Positions 35,400 through 49,000 of a DNA stretch of 58,677 nt are shown one piece after another. Source of the stretch: Anthoceros angustus (lineage: Eukaryota; Plantae; Anthocerotophyta); assembly GCA_010909165.1 (NCBI GenBank), contig VJWM01000329.1, positions 1-58,677 of the forward strand. Direction: 5' to 3'. Under the pieces are notes generated by a model, which saw only the letters and a program-made list of their open reading frames with translations, was not told the DNA's origin and ran no database searches. Position numbers and translations under genes: made by a program. How positions within the stretch are numbered: position 1 is the first letter of the stretch; every line of letters starts with the position of its first letter.

Positions 35400-36250
35400 T
35401 CATGTGCAAGTTCAATGTAATCCAATCGTCTACCCTCTTCTTCATCTACTTGCCACGAGTCATTGGGCATGTTACTTATTAAAGGCCACCCTCGTGATTT
35501 AAGGCCATCTTGGTGCACATCAAGGTTGCATCCTCAGCAAGACAGAAGCAACGATTGAAACAAACAAGCATCGTGGAAGCAATGCCCGCATGGCAAGAAG
35601 ACCCGCTCATTACATGAGAATCACACGTACAAGAAACTGTAAGGCCCGAATGCTTGAGTGGCTAGGAGCTAGAATCCATTGTGGAATTGAGCCTTTCATC
35701 TTCATCATTGCATGTATGCGTTTAAAAACATCGGTCAGCTCCTTGGCCGATCGACATCACTGTTCAAGCTCTTCTGCTTTTTTCCTATTGGCTATGAGGG
35801 CAGCTTCTATGGCTTCTGTAATAGCAGTCTGGGCTCTAACGCGGCTAACACCTGCAGCCTTTGCCTATGGCCCAAAATTAGCTTGCAGGTTAGACCTCTA
35901 GCAAGACAACAATGTAGAGTCTTTGGAAAGTCATGTGGCGAGAAAACCTCGTTCGTTGCTTGGTCGCCATCAACTTGTGCACAAATAAGGCTTAGCCACG
36001 CCAAGCTTCATGTTACTCAACTTGGATTGCTCCTCCAATGCCTTTGTTGTCAAACAAGCTTCTTCATTAGATAACATTGCAAGCTCCAATATCAATTGCG
36101 ATTGAACCTTGGTCTGCACACTCATCGTCTCCCAATTTGGCAAATCCACCGGCTCTGGAAGCATGAAGGAAAATTAAAACCAGGACAGTGCACATCGTGT
36201 GATCATGTGACCAAGCTTATAAGCACTCATGGGAGGTGACCACCCGGATC
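35400..36250 (-). pseudogene. degenerate ORF with RING-H2-like finger, copy 2
   Basis: Minus strand ~35510-35605 reads VFLPCGHCFHDACLFQSLLLSC*GCNLDVHQD. Confidence 0.5.
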
Positions 36251-37861
36251 ATTACCACTAGTCACGGGCTATGAGTGGCCACCTGACCACTGGCTTCAAT
36301 GCCAGTGATCAGGTGGCATGAGTGGGCACCTACCACCAGCTTCAATGCCGGTGATCGTGGCATGAATTGGCACCACCACCGGCTTCTGCACAATGGTCGT
36401 GTGACGACGATGCCCAAGCACACACAGCAACCCTACTAGAAAAGGAAGCCTCGTTAAGCCGTTGTTGCAATTTTATGTTACACTTCCAAATTGCAACAAG
36501 CTATGTAGGCTTGGTATTAAGTTTGACACTATTCCCTTCTCATTTTGTCACCATCTTAACACGAACCACTCTCCCTCATCACCTCACCCTCCTAAGTACA
36601 CCTCTCTCTCACAAGCATTGTTTATGATTTCAAACATATACTATGCAAACTCGCTTATGTTAGTCCTTTGTTACAATTTCATGTAACACTTTCCATTTGG
36701 AACACTCATTAAGTTAGTTGGCTTGGTGTTAAGTTTGTGATACTCTTCTCCACCTTCTCTCACCATCTTAACAACATGCAAGTGGTGCTTGACCTTACAC
36801 CTCACCATTAAGAGCTTAGCATTAAGTTTGTTGGCTTGGTGTTAAGTTTGTGATTTTCTTCTCCACCTTCTCTCACCATCTTAACAACACCTTTGGTCTC
36901 TCCTTTCACCTCACACTCCTAGTTAATGCTCAAGATGACACCCATTTTATAATTTTTCCCTCTTTGTGTTGCAACATGTGTTTCCCCTCACACTACTATT
37001 TTATTCTTCCCTCTTGCTTTTCCTACATGATACAAGTAGAACTCTATCTCTCTCCCGTGTTGTCATTCTCTTTCCATTTTGCCTCCTTTGCATAGCTATG
37101 CATTTATAATCTACCTTCCCTCTTCAATGCACCCTTGTGTCCACATCCGGTTTTGTTTTAAGCTCACATACACAATTGAAAACTCTTGTTTTACGATTAT
37201 GTATAGTAGGATTCTAGATTATTTATATGTCTATCTATATATATGGTTTGCAGCCCACTTGTTGTGTATATTCCTATATATATATATATATATATAAATA
37301 CGTATTTATGTGTATATATATGTATTTATACTTGTATATACTTGTAACCTAAACATAATATTATTTACCTATGTCTAAGTTCGTGGTGCGAGGCTCACTC
37401 TGCGTTGGAGGCAAGGAGGAGGAGGGGAGAGGAGGAGGAGGAGAGGAGGAGAGGAGGAAGGAGGCAAGGAGGAAAGGGGAGAGGATCGAGGTAGAGGAGG
37501 AGGAGGAGAGGAGGGAGGAGGAGGAGGAGAGGAGGGAGAGGGAAGGAGGAGGAGGGGAGAAAGACAGGAGGAGATTATAAGGAGGAGGAGGGAAGATGGA
37601 AAAGAAGAGGAGCAAGAGGAGGGAGAGGGAAGGAAGAGGAGGGGAGATGGGAAGGAGGAGGAGGGGAGAGGAAGGAGGAGGAGGCCCATTCCCTGTGATT
37701 TCAAGTAGACACCGTTCCATGTTGTGATTTCCAGTCTCAATTTTTGGTGATGCGTAACGGTGTGACATGAGGTTGGTGAAGGGATGGTGGCGGGCGTGAT
37801 CATGCTGGCATAGCGGATCTTGTGCAGAGCATTGCAAGGTCGCCAAGACCTGTTCCAATCA

Positions 37862-38760
37862 TGATTTCCTCTCAATTTTCAGGCATTGCGTAACTAGCTA
37901 GTGTGATTTGATGTTAGAGAAGGCGATAGTAGCATGGCGGGTGTCTCTGTACATGTACAACTAAGTAGTTGCAGGTCGGGGCCAAGACCCATTCCATGTC
38001 ATATTTCCTATCTCAAATTTTCAGGTGATGCGTAACTTATTATGATGTGAAGTTAGGAAGGCGATGGAAGAATGGCGGGGTCTCATGTACATGTATAGCT
38101 GCAAGGTGAGGCCAAGACCCATTCCATGCTTGTGATTTCCTACCTCAAAATTTTATTTGATGCGTAATGGCGATGATGTGACATTAGAGAAGGCGATGCT
38201 AGTAGGGCGGGGTCTTGGGTGATAGGGAGTAACAAGGCCGGTGCAGTGGGAGGGACGTGTTTGGAGGGCGGATCCGGTCTTTGTAGCACAAAGAAGGCGA
38301 GTGTACTATCACGGTATGAGACATGTGTTGAGTGTGACGGTGAAAACAACGCGAGTGGAAGAGGTGGGTGGTAGAGGAGGATAGGAATGGAGCAACCACA
38401 ATATGGTCGGCGAGGGGCAAAAAGGCGTAACGGACATGAGGCGGTTGTCTAGGGGAGAGAGAAGGAGGGAGGACTTGGGCCAAACAACCCCATGCGCACA
38501 TAGCAAACATGGGTCCATAGCACAAACTCAGAGGCACAAAAGGCACAGTGCTCAAGGACAAACTGTAAACGTGTGGACGTGTACAAAGTATGTACGTTAT
38601 CCTGTGCGATATATTTATATAAAATAGAATATGACCGTATATCACAGAAATTACCATATAGTATATGTGCCATGAACAATACATGTATTTTACGAAGAAT
38701 GTATTTGTACATGTATTTATGTATATGTATATTCATAATGAGTATAGTGGAACTACTACT
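37862..38760 (+). repeat. ~0.9 kb direct repeat, left copy
   Basis: Collinear with 44909-45790 from tgatttcctc...gcgtaactagctagtgtg to agtatagtgg.aactacta. Confidence 0.85.
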
Positions 38761-41149
38761 TGATAAGCAGCCTGCGGCGGTTGTGCCGAGAAGAGGCGCC
38801 ACACGCGCCCCCTCTCTCCATGCCTTCATACTGCAGTATAAACCGATGCATGGGGTACCCAACTCCATGCTCACTGCGACAGATTCCGCTGCCTTGCTGC
38901 GATGTCCTCATCGGATTGGAAGGAATAGGGCACATGGATGCCCGAGCATTATGGAAGCAAATTCCATTAGTCCTCAATTTTATTATCCCGTCCTCCTCCG
39001 ACATTTAAATCATCGTGCCAAGCACTCGGTATAGGGCCATCCTCTTCACGAGGGTCCATACTGCCCTCGTCCTCATCTCCTTCCAGGTTCATAGTCGAGA
39101 TAGCCCAGCCACGGTCCTTCTAAAGACATCTCCGACGGTGATTGATGATAGAACTTGTAATCACCTCACATAAGCATCGATAAAAATTCCTTGCATTACG
39201 CCCAAGCGTTAGAAGTGCGAAAAGTGTTAAGTGGATGCAATGATGTTCCAAAACTTCAAAATCAATGACTTCCAAAGACATACACTTACAATCCTCGTCA
39301 AGAGCTTCCGAATTTAAGAGAGTTCGTGGCTCGCACTTTTTCTTTATGCAAGCACACTGCTACTCAACACGAACACCGTAATCTTGACCCCCGGCAAAGC
39401 TTCAAACCCATAAGGCTTTGAAGTCACCTGAATATCCGGATCTCCTTCCGCTTCTATCAAAGTTGCCGGACCACATACCGGCTCTCGATTGGCAGCACCA
39501 TTGTGGCCATAAATCCACAATTTCAGCATGGGTGTCCACACCACATTGTCTTCTTGAGCTCTGCGCTCATGTCACAAGCATCCTTCTCCGGAGAATTGTC
39601 TCATCAATGGTTAGTGTGTCCGCAATTGAGCAGTCTCCTCAAAGCGTAAAAGGTGAGGATTAGAATCACGGCGGCTTTTGACTTGGCCATCTCGATTTCC
39701 CTCCGCCCTCGCCGTTGTGCTCACCTTTGCCGACCAGGATCCACGAGAGTTCAGGGCCCGCGCTCGACATCAGGCTCGTTAGCTGTGCTCACGAATTGGA
39801 ACAAGTCGAACTTTGGTGTGCATCCACTCCACGGCTCCTTTGCGTGGGTTGCTCGCCTTCTTCCCTTTTGGTCTCTTCGTTTTGGTTTGTCTACATGCGG
39901 TTTCTTCTTCCGATCCACCAATTCCTTCTTCCGCCCAGCCACTCTGCCAAAGCAAGCGGTTGATTACGGTGACCTTCTCCCTCAATGCAAAAAGGCGTGA
40001 GGATGCGCACCGAAGTCACGGGCAGCGGCGCAATTGACAAAAATCACGAACAAGCGGCGTGGGCGGCGCGGCGTTCGGCTTGCGGAAGTGGGCGCAACTC
40101 AGCTTGGTGAACACGGTGTGGCCGTGATGGGCCTCCATTACGGTAAGGTTGAACGCCTAAAAGGTCGGGGCGGGTTAAAAGCTGCGAGATCGCCGCGTTT
40201 GTGTGTCCATTTTGGAACCCTAATTTCGGCACCGCTTGCTTTGCCATGGTTTCGTTAAGCAGGTGCCCATGTTTTCCACGTGGTGTTACGTACTGCATTA
40301 AATGATTCCGATAGAGCGGCAAGCCATTTATGTCCTTGACAAATGGCGTCGGATCCGACTTGATAGGTAGATCTTCTCCAACGGTGAATGCAAATATTGG
40401 CGCTAAGGCATCCGGCTTGTTCTCCGATGTCTCATACTAATTTGCCCTCCTCCTTGTTTGTTGCTCTGGTTGTGGTGGCTCGTTCGCGTTCGCGAGGCGT
40501 GAACGTCACACCATGCTCCACTCCACCCATACCGATGAGGATACGAGGTAGCTTCAGCGATTGCTGCTCCTTCAATGTAGTTTGTATCCGGGTCGTTGTT
40601 CACCGTGGGTGTCATGCGGATCGGAGTGCGGATGGGAGGAACTTGTCCGCATCGTAATGTCTTGCACTCCAAGCATGCGGCGAAAGGAGCATCCGATCTA
40701 TTTCCCATAAGCGCTTGCAAACTTTGCCAGCGATGAGGCGACCACATTGAAGTGCTCTTTGTTGAAAAGCTCTGTTTCATAATTAATTCGTGCTGTTGGA
40801 TGTTTTCCGACAACCGTCAGGGCATGCGGGTTTGCAATGGTAATCATCGCGATGGCGATGAGCTTCACCTTGTATTAAACATGCTTGCGTCGAGGTCGAA
40901 GGACTCATCACCATTCGTGCACCCCTATGTGCCACGCCTCGGAACTTGAACTTGTATGCGGCTATGGAACTTAGAAGACGAGGAGATGCGCCCTCGAGTG
41001 AGCCATCAGCAGCAATGAGAGGTCTCTTTCGCCCTCGTGTGGAGTTTTGGGTGCATCGGGGGCGATATTCTTGGCGACGTTCCCCACCCTCCGTTCACCT
41101 CACAGGCTGCAGTGTACATATCATCCGAAGCCAATGTCGGAGACATTGC

Positions 41150-44020
41150 ACTATGAGAGCTTGCGTTTCGTTTGCAAACAGGGGTGGTGTCTCCTTGAAG
41201 AAGGCGAGACGGACACGATTACGGAGGATTTCCGTAAACCGTGTTGCAACAAAGTATGTATTCAACGACTTTCGAGGAAGGTTTCGGAAGAGAGGCAAAG
41301 GTTCCTTAGGTTGGGAAGGTCGGAGAGACATTCCTAGAGACCCTTGTAAGACGACCATGGTTCGAATGGCAAAGACATACTTTCACAAGGCACCGGTTCC
41401 AATCAAGTGTTGCACGAAATCCTTGAAGGGTGTATTGCATAGGGTCGGAAAGGTACGAGGAGGTGAAGGCGAGTCTTTTGAATTCACCATGGGATTGTAG
41501 CAAGCCAAGCCCGGGTGAAATCCTCTCATGCATTGGGCGCTATTGCATGGATGGATGCAACATTTACGCAATTGGCGGCGGCGCCTAATGTTGAAGTCTA
41601 CAATCTTCCGACACTTTCACCAAACTAGAAGTGTGGACACAATACAAATGTGGCATGGAGCAAAAGGGCTGCGGTATATTTCGTATGCTTACTTTACGAG
41701 ACTATGGGAGCAGAACTTCAAGTGAAGATACCCAAATCCAATCGGTTTTCAACATGTTCTCTTTGCGGTCTAAAGTTCAACATTGAACCTTTGGATCGCA
41801 GACGGATCAAGGTAAGCTCATCGCTCCACACCGTTTTCGGCATGGTATAAAGGTGAAAGGTTGTGACATGTGGGCCATCGATATCGTTGTGATGGTGGAG
41901 GTTGAACCTTGGTCGAGGTAACGGTTCGGCCCCTGCGATGAAGGCGGGCGGTTGCGAGCGCCATCGGGTGGGAGAGGGAGGCGCTGGCGCCCTCGGTGGA
42001 GGGGAGGAGGAGGCGCGGCATGCTGCGCCCTCATGGGTGGAGGGTGTGCGAGAGGAGGCGGCGGCATGCCGGGACCTAAACCCTAAAGGAGGAGCGCCGG
42101 CATGCCGCCCTCATTGAACGGAGGGCGGGGGGTTGCGCATGCCGGTGCCCTCGTGTTGTGGGAGGGAGAGGAGGGCGCGGCATGCGCCCTCATGGGTGGA
42201 GGGTGTGCAATGGGGGAGGCGGCAACATGCGTGGACCTAAACCCTAAAGGAGCTTGGGAGGCGCCGCATGCCACATCCTAATTGAGGGGAGGGCGGCGGC
42301 GTGGCGCCCCGCCAGATGGGATTTAAGGACTGGATGCAGGCCATACAACGGGTGGATCCCTAGGTTCATTTGTTGGGGCATGACCCTTCCGAGGGTTGCC
42401 ATCATGCTATTGCCTTTGCCCCTCGGTGGATCGTCTAGACTCCGGCGATAGTAGAGTTCGTCTGGTTGAAGTTGGTTGGTCGTTAGCGCGACGTTATATT
42501 TCATGGATGGACGACATGATGTTTGGTTGAAGGCGAGTATATATCGGGACGCGTTGAACAAACATCGCATAAAGCTTATGGAGGAGGCGGAAGAAGTTGA
42601 CAAAACATCGAGCGAAAGGATACGAGCCTCACAAGTACATGTTGTTATGTATCGATGGCATGGATCGAGAAAAAACATCCTTACGCATATACTTAGATGG
42701 CCTAAGGAGCTAAAGAAGGCGTAGTCCATGTGGTGGGGTGTATGATCCACAATCACACGTTCAAGTCCGGGCGTATCACTCGCAAATTTGCGGAATGATG
42801 CTAATTTAACCATATGCATTATCCAAGATGTGATACATATGTTGGCTTACTTCCCAAGGTTCTATATTTGCAACTGGACAACACATGTCGGAGAACAAGA
42901 ATCAACTTTGTTTGCTTATCCGAATATGCTCGTGGAGGTGGGGACTTTGAAAAAGTGAAGGTGGGCTTTCTTCTTGTAGGTCACACACATGACCAGTGGA
43001 CCAAATGTTCTCGTGTTTTTCCAAACATTTGAAGCACAAAGAGGCAAAACTCTTCCGTCATGCGGGATATATTGAGCAAGGCTTTCACGCCAAACCCGTG
43101 AAGGTCCCACCGAGGTTCCGGACTTCCGTTCTTTTCGTCGGCCTTTGAAAATAGGAAAGGCGGAAGTTTAAAATGCGGTTAAGCTAAACAATCTATCATA
43201 CCAACACCGGTTCAAAATCACGCGGGAGGAAAAGTCAGCGGTAAAAGTATTATTGAGTAAGCATTCGACCTCACCGTTATGGGAAACAGAAGATGGGCTG
43301 GAGTTCTTGTCTTTTATTCCAAATCGAGATTGGACCTACAACCACCTAGCTCTGAGCCAAGGACAAGAAAGGCGTTGATGGAAGCCTCACGCGAGATGGA
43401 GTAGACCACTTAAGGAAGGGTTTGCAAAAGCATCAACATATCTAACGCGAGGAGGTGGTGGAGTGACAGGAGGATCAAGAGGAGATCGCAACTATTGTGG
43501 ACAATAACATCGGCCTTTATGCGAAAAGGCGGTGGAAGTGGTATGGCGGATCTGCAGATGCACTTGTACCCACTGCGGTTCGGAGGCTATATTGGGTGCC
43601 TTATTGAGACGTGCCTCACGGACATGTACTTGGAGCTTACAGTGTGGAAAGACGGGAACAAGAGGTCGAGCGGATGAATGGTGACATCATGGAGATAAAA
43701 AGGTATGTTTATTGTCACCTTGTGAGGGGACACTCCTGTGAGGGCATTACAGGTTGCAAAGGTCTTGAGTGTGCACATGACCGATGACCCCTACTTCACT
43801 GCAGGTGGCGACCGAGCACAGATGCATACGAGGGCAAGTATGTCGGGGAATACTTTGTTAGGACCAGGAGGAGAACTACCTCCTACCAACAAAGGTGCAA
43901 AAGCATGGAAGCCTCCCAACATTCGAAGTTGTTTGTCCATAAGAGTCATTGTGTACTATGGGTTCAATCTCACTTCTAGGAAACATCATGCGTGGCGGAT
44001 AAAAAGCTATCAAAGAAGTT
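41150..44020 (+). mobile_element. Sola1-like DDD DNA transposase (frameshifted, interrupted at ~41810-42510)
   Basis: Across frames: CCNKVC; YFTRLWEQNF.VKIPKSNRFSTCSLC; MLLCIDGMD (~42640-42666); LYLQLDNTCRENKN-like; FEKVKVGFLLVGHTHD..DQMFS. The D..DN..GHT..D triad fits Sola1-type transposases; the superfamily assignment is from recall of motifs, not a search. Confidence 0.7.
41940..42300. repeat. GC-rich ~160 bp tandem repeat, each unit carrying acctaaaccctaaagga
   Basis: Two units sharing gcgccctcatgggtggagggtgtgc and a plant telomere-like AAACCCTAAA at ~42078 and ~42239. Confidence 0.75.
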
Positions 44021-44908
44021 AAGTGCCCTCCGTCCCCATCTTCAACTGCACTCCCTCGTCGGTGACGGCGAGGATGATGGGGATAGCCAGTCTTGGGCAT
44101 GGAGAACCCAGCGGTCTCGAGTCGGTGAGGAGTGAATAACCGACGGCTTGAAATATATTCCAGTCATGGTCCGCTCCTAAGAACTTATGGCGCAACCCTT
44201 TGTAACACCCTTTGCGATGGCATGCCGCACTCCTTCGCACCACATTTTGTGCGTCTATTCCTAGTGGCCCCTTCCATTGTCACGGCTGCCATGGCTCTGT
44301 TCGATTAGTGGATTCGTTTAATGGTGGCGCCAACCCAATGTTTCCGTGAAACTTGGCAGCCCTTTCCGAGCCGGTATGCCAAATTGTGGTTTTGTTGAGG
44401 TTCAGAACATGGTACACTACAAGAGATTTCTCCGCTCGGCGGATATCAAAACCATGTTGGACTGTTTGGTGCAGGAATGGCTAAGGGCCTTTGCCGCAAG
44501 GTGTGTGCATCGATGGGCGGCATCGGCGCCCATCGCGCTTGATGTTTACTCACCTTTCTACCATAGAGAAGCACATTTTCCATACCTTGCCACCGTAAAT
44601 GTGAACCGGATGCAAAAGTGGCTTCCATTCCCTTGATTATAAGACAATATATTGTAAACACGTCGGGGTTTCGGATCCCAGCACAAAGTGTGAAGTCGGT
44701 GCTAAATCATTGCAAACCCACAGAATGTCCCCACCCTTTTGGTGGTGCTCTGTAAATTTGAAGTAGAATGTGATTTTGACCATAATTTTGAACACATTAT
44801 CCTACATACATGAACATCGATTTAGTGACCATCCACAACCCGGTTCAGCGTATATTCATGCATAAAGCCGCTTGATGTATATTCAGCGGTTCAAATATTA
44901 TGGTATTC

Positions 44909-45790
44909 TGATTTCCTCAATTTTTCATTTGTTGCGTAACTAGCTAGTGTGATTTGATATTAGAGAAGCGATAGTAGCATGGCGGGTGTCTCGTACATGT
45001 ACATGCGCAAGTAGTTGCAAGGTCGCCAAGACCCATTCCATCTTGTTATTTCCTATCTCAAATTTTCAGGCGATCAACACTATGATGTGAAGTTAGGGAA
45101 GGCGATGGAAGAATGGAGGGTCTCATGTACATGTATAGCTGCAAGGTGAGGCCAAGACCCATTCCATCTTGTGATTTCCTACCTCAAAATTTTATTTGAT
45201 GCGTAACAGTGATGTGACATTAGAAGGCGATGCTAGTAGGCGGGGTCTTGGGTGAATAGGGGACAAGGCCGATGCAGTAGGAGGGGCGTGTTTGAGGGCC
45301 GGTCTTTGTAGCACAAAGAAGGCGAGTGTCTATCACCGGCAAATATGAGACATGTGTTGAGTGTGACGGTGAAAACAACGCAAAGTGGAAGAGGTGGAGG
45401 AGGATAGGAATGGAGCAACCAAGCAGCCATGGTCGGCGAGGGCAAAAGGCTCGTAACGGACATGAGGCGGTTGTCTAGGAGAGAGAAGGAGGAGGACTTG
45501 GAGCCAAACAACCCCACGCATAGCAAACATGGGTCGCATAGCACAAACTCGTAGGCACAAAAGGCCGAGTGCTCAAGGACAAAAGCGTAAGCGTATCGTG
45601 GATGTGTACAAAGTATATCGTTATCCGTGTGGCGTATATGCTTATTTTATACAAAATAGAATATGACCGTATATCACGAAATTACCATATAGTATATGTC
45701 ACCATGAACAATATATGTGTATTTTTAGAATGTATTTGTACATATATTATGTATATGTATATTCATACAGTATAGTGGGAACTACTAAGT
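44909..45790 (+). repeat. ~0.9 kb direct repeat, right copy (more diverged)
   Basis: Collinear with 37862-38760. Confidence 0.85.
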
Positions 45791-45868
45791 AAAACTAGGT
45801 ATTCCATAGGGTAATAGTAGTAAAAGGAGGAAGGTAGATGGGGAGGAGGTTGGTACCAAGCCTCCAAA

Positions 45869-46080
45869 AGTGTTACAAGACTTTTCTTGTAACACTATAT
45901 ATTACAATCTTGTTGCAATCTTGAGAGGACAAAAGCACCTCTCACTTCATCTCAACATAATTGCAACACCATTGCAACATGGTTGCAACAAACGCTCAGT
46001 TTGGTTTCCAAGCTAAAAGTGTAACAAGAGGCCCAAAAGTGTTACATGACCCCAAAATTGCAACATAAGTGTTACATCCG
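45869..46080. repeat. perfect 12-bp hairpin plus a cluster of TGTTACA/TTGCAAC motifs
   Basis: agtgttacaaga-cttt-tcttgtaacact (45869-45896), followed by several ttgcaac/gtgttaca copies. Confidence 0.7.
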
Positions 46081-49000
46081 AGGGTCCAAATCTTAACATA
46101 CATGGGCTGCCATTTCTAGTAGGGCAAAAGTCGAGCGGTCAAGCATTGATGAATCCACATTGTGACCATGTGAATCTACAGGTGTCGAGACCCACATTAG
46201 TGCCCATATGGGACCAGACCACGGTGATACTACAGGCAAATCCATGCAGGCAAGCATAACACACTCAAGGTAAATCCGTCGGTAAATACAGCACAGGCGA
46301 CCCGAGCACATGCAACCAGCGATTCGGACGCTTAGCCTGATGCGTGCCTATAATAGGGATCCAAACATTTAGGCACACCTCGAGCGCAACACATGTCGAT
46401 GGAAAAAACAAATGAAACTCATCGCAGCGAGCCAATTTGACTGCCTCGACCAATGTGCCCGCATCACCCACAACCCACAACACTCACAACCACTACACCA
46501 AATTAGCATGATCCCGAGGGTTCCAGCAAAACCCAGTGCTGCACAACTCTAAAATGGACAAGAGAATAGAACATTAGCAATTAAGTCACGCCAAGCCCGA
46601 TGCAAATATGAACAAATCTATCAAGGATGCGGCATGCCCAACCATTCCCCACCCGACTGCATCAATCCCACAGGCCTCCACATCTACCTTTGATGATGAA
46701 AGCATGGCCCGAACCATGGCTTAAAGCACGGGCGTCATGGACAAGATGATGACCTTCTCCACGCTGGCACCTCGGCATCATCCACAATAGGCATCACTAC
46801 ACCTCGGCCTCTCTAGCTTGCCCAATGCCTCTGAACATCCTCGGCAACCTCGGGCTTGGTGTGTTGGCTTCCTCGGCTCTGTGACCTAGTCACGGGGCCA
46901 CAGGGCTCACCATGTGCAGGTTAGCTGCCCCGTTCTCCCCTTCTTCCCTACCTTCTTCCTGGCCACCTTTCTAGTCTTTGCTTGCTTGTTGGCCTTCCTT
47001 CCTAGAGACCATTTTATAGGCTTTCCACACCCTTCCTAGCATCTTCTCCACAAGAAAAACCAAAGCCATACGTGGAATCTTTTGGCCCTGTCATCTTTTG
47101 GCATGTTTCCCATATCACGGCAAACACAAGGTCATCCAAACTTTGCCAATCCTCCTTGACACCAAGTCGGTGGCTTCAAAGCGAGCCCTCTTGGTTGCGA
47201 GGCATCTTTGAAGTGATTTGTCTAACGTCCTTCCCAACAATGCGCTCCTTGGGCCTTGGACCAACTTGTCGTCCCTAACATTCAATCCAAGGTTTGAGGA
47301 CACTATTTTATTTTCATAAGTAGTTAAATAAAACCATAATGTTCTTTCCGTCGAATAATGAATGCGTTCGGAAACATGCTTCAGTTCGTATTTCTTGTCC
47401 CCTCAGATTGCTCATGAAGACAGGCTTGTGGACACTTTATGCAAGACTCGGTAAAGCCTAGTTTACAAGATCGACTATTTCATTTCATGGACCGAGAGAA
47501 TATAGTTTAGTGTTTTTGGCCGCTAGCGGTATATTTTGAGAAAACATAAACATTTCTTGAAACGTTAGGGCACCGATCAAGTAATTACCCTAAAACCATA
47601 GTAGGATGCGGCATCTGGTGGCCTTGTACATAAAACACACAATCAAACAGCTGGCTTGATTGCTAGGTTTATTACATGTGTCTGGTTGGGGATCAACTTG
47701 CAAGTTGAGATTGGGATTACTGCACACGTACTAGAGAACATCGAGGGGCAGCGGTAATGTTTCTAAGGCAAGCTCATCGCGTGAGAAAGTGTCTCACTTC
47801 ATTGCCTTTGCATCATCTTCCTCTATCCCATCAACTTTTGAGGCGAAGGCCATCTTGCATCAAGTGTATACCCTCATCAAGGTCTCCAATATGTTCTTTC
47901 ATTCTCACGACGACAGAGGCACAATCAGGCCTTTCCAATTTCTTTTTCACTCATGCAAACCTCCTTGGCCCAGGGAGATATTCCTCGGCGGTGTGGCTCA
48001 TGGGTGAGCTCCTCTTACACATCGCGCATACTTCCATGCATACTCGCTGGAATGAATTCGCACCTCTTGTCGCCTCAATAGAAATACAATGGCGGCGACA
48101 ACAACAAAGTAGCCTGTCCCACTCACTGAACAAGCATCTACTATCCGCCTTCCTTAGAATGTCTTGATGAGCTTCATCATCAACCCCAAGGCCTTTGGTA
48201 GGGCGGACAACAAGTTTGTCGAGTGAATGATATAAGTTTCTTCACCCGGTTTAAGTGGCCAATCGCAATCTTCCATTGTTAAATTGTGCAAAGCATTGAT
48301 TTACATGACGCATTGCCGTTGTTGTCTTCTCAAACCCCATCCTCATGCATACTCAGCGGTAGTGTCGAAACCACCTTTGTCATTGTTTACGTTTATCTTG
48401 TCCCGGACAAAGCGAGTCCCCCTTTTGGCACCACTTCGCATTGCCTCCCTCACCAAATGGGCATCTTCAACACCATTCATGATTATCCGATCTGCATCAC
48501 ATTTTGTTAAATCATGGAAGGCATGCAAAACATTTCCCACTTGCATCAAAGCGGGGTCCTTTGAGCCTTTCTCAGAACCACGGGGCACATCCATCACAAA
48601 CAAAAAGTACCTTCTCTTCCTCACGTACCCTCACATGTCGAGGATATCTACCTGATATCGCACCTTTTTCTCAGAATGTGGAACAGTGAATTGAAGGAGT
48701 CCATCCTCTATGTCTCGGTCTACTAGTTGTCTTTGCTCATCTTCTAAGCCCTTCCATGTGTTCACCTCATAAATGAATTATTGAAAATTCTCGGGGCACT
48801 TGGCACCTCAATATCATACATTGCTGCACATGGCGGAAACCAATATCGGTGCTGCGGTCTTCAATCTCGAATCAGGAAGATGTCGGTGAGGAGTTCCGGC
48901 CAAATGAAGGTGGGTCCCCATGGAGCGGCAGGCATGCGGCACCCTCGATTGGCTCTCGGCTCTTGGGGCCGGGCGGCATCGGCACCCTTTGCCTCAAAAG

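Larger units (their letters stand above)
31826..38357. repeat. 3.27 kb tandem segmental duplication (31826-35094 and 35095-38357)
   Basis: The two units are collinear, and gaagaggtgg sits at all three boundaries (31826, 35095, 38358). Confidence 0.92.

Noticed and set aside
42070-42250. Telomere or interstitial telomeric array
   Set aside because: Only isolated ~1.5-unit motifs within a larger repeat.
37862-45790. 0.9 kb direct repeats as LTRs of a retroelement
   Set aside because: No clear TG...CA termini, PBS or PPT, and the interior encodes a DDD transposase rather than gag-pol.
46090-46550. TET/JBP-like dioxygenase (LFFP..VAL, CLHG)
   Set aside because: No convincing HxD motif, the pieces lie in different frames, and the similarity is too weak to support.
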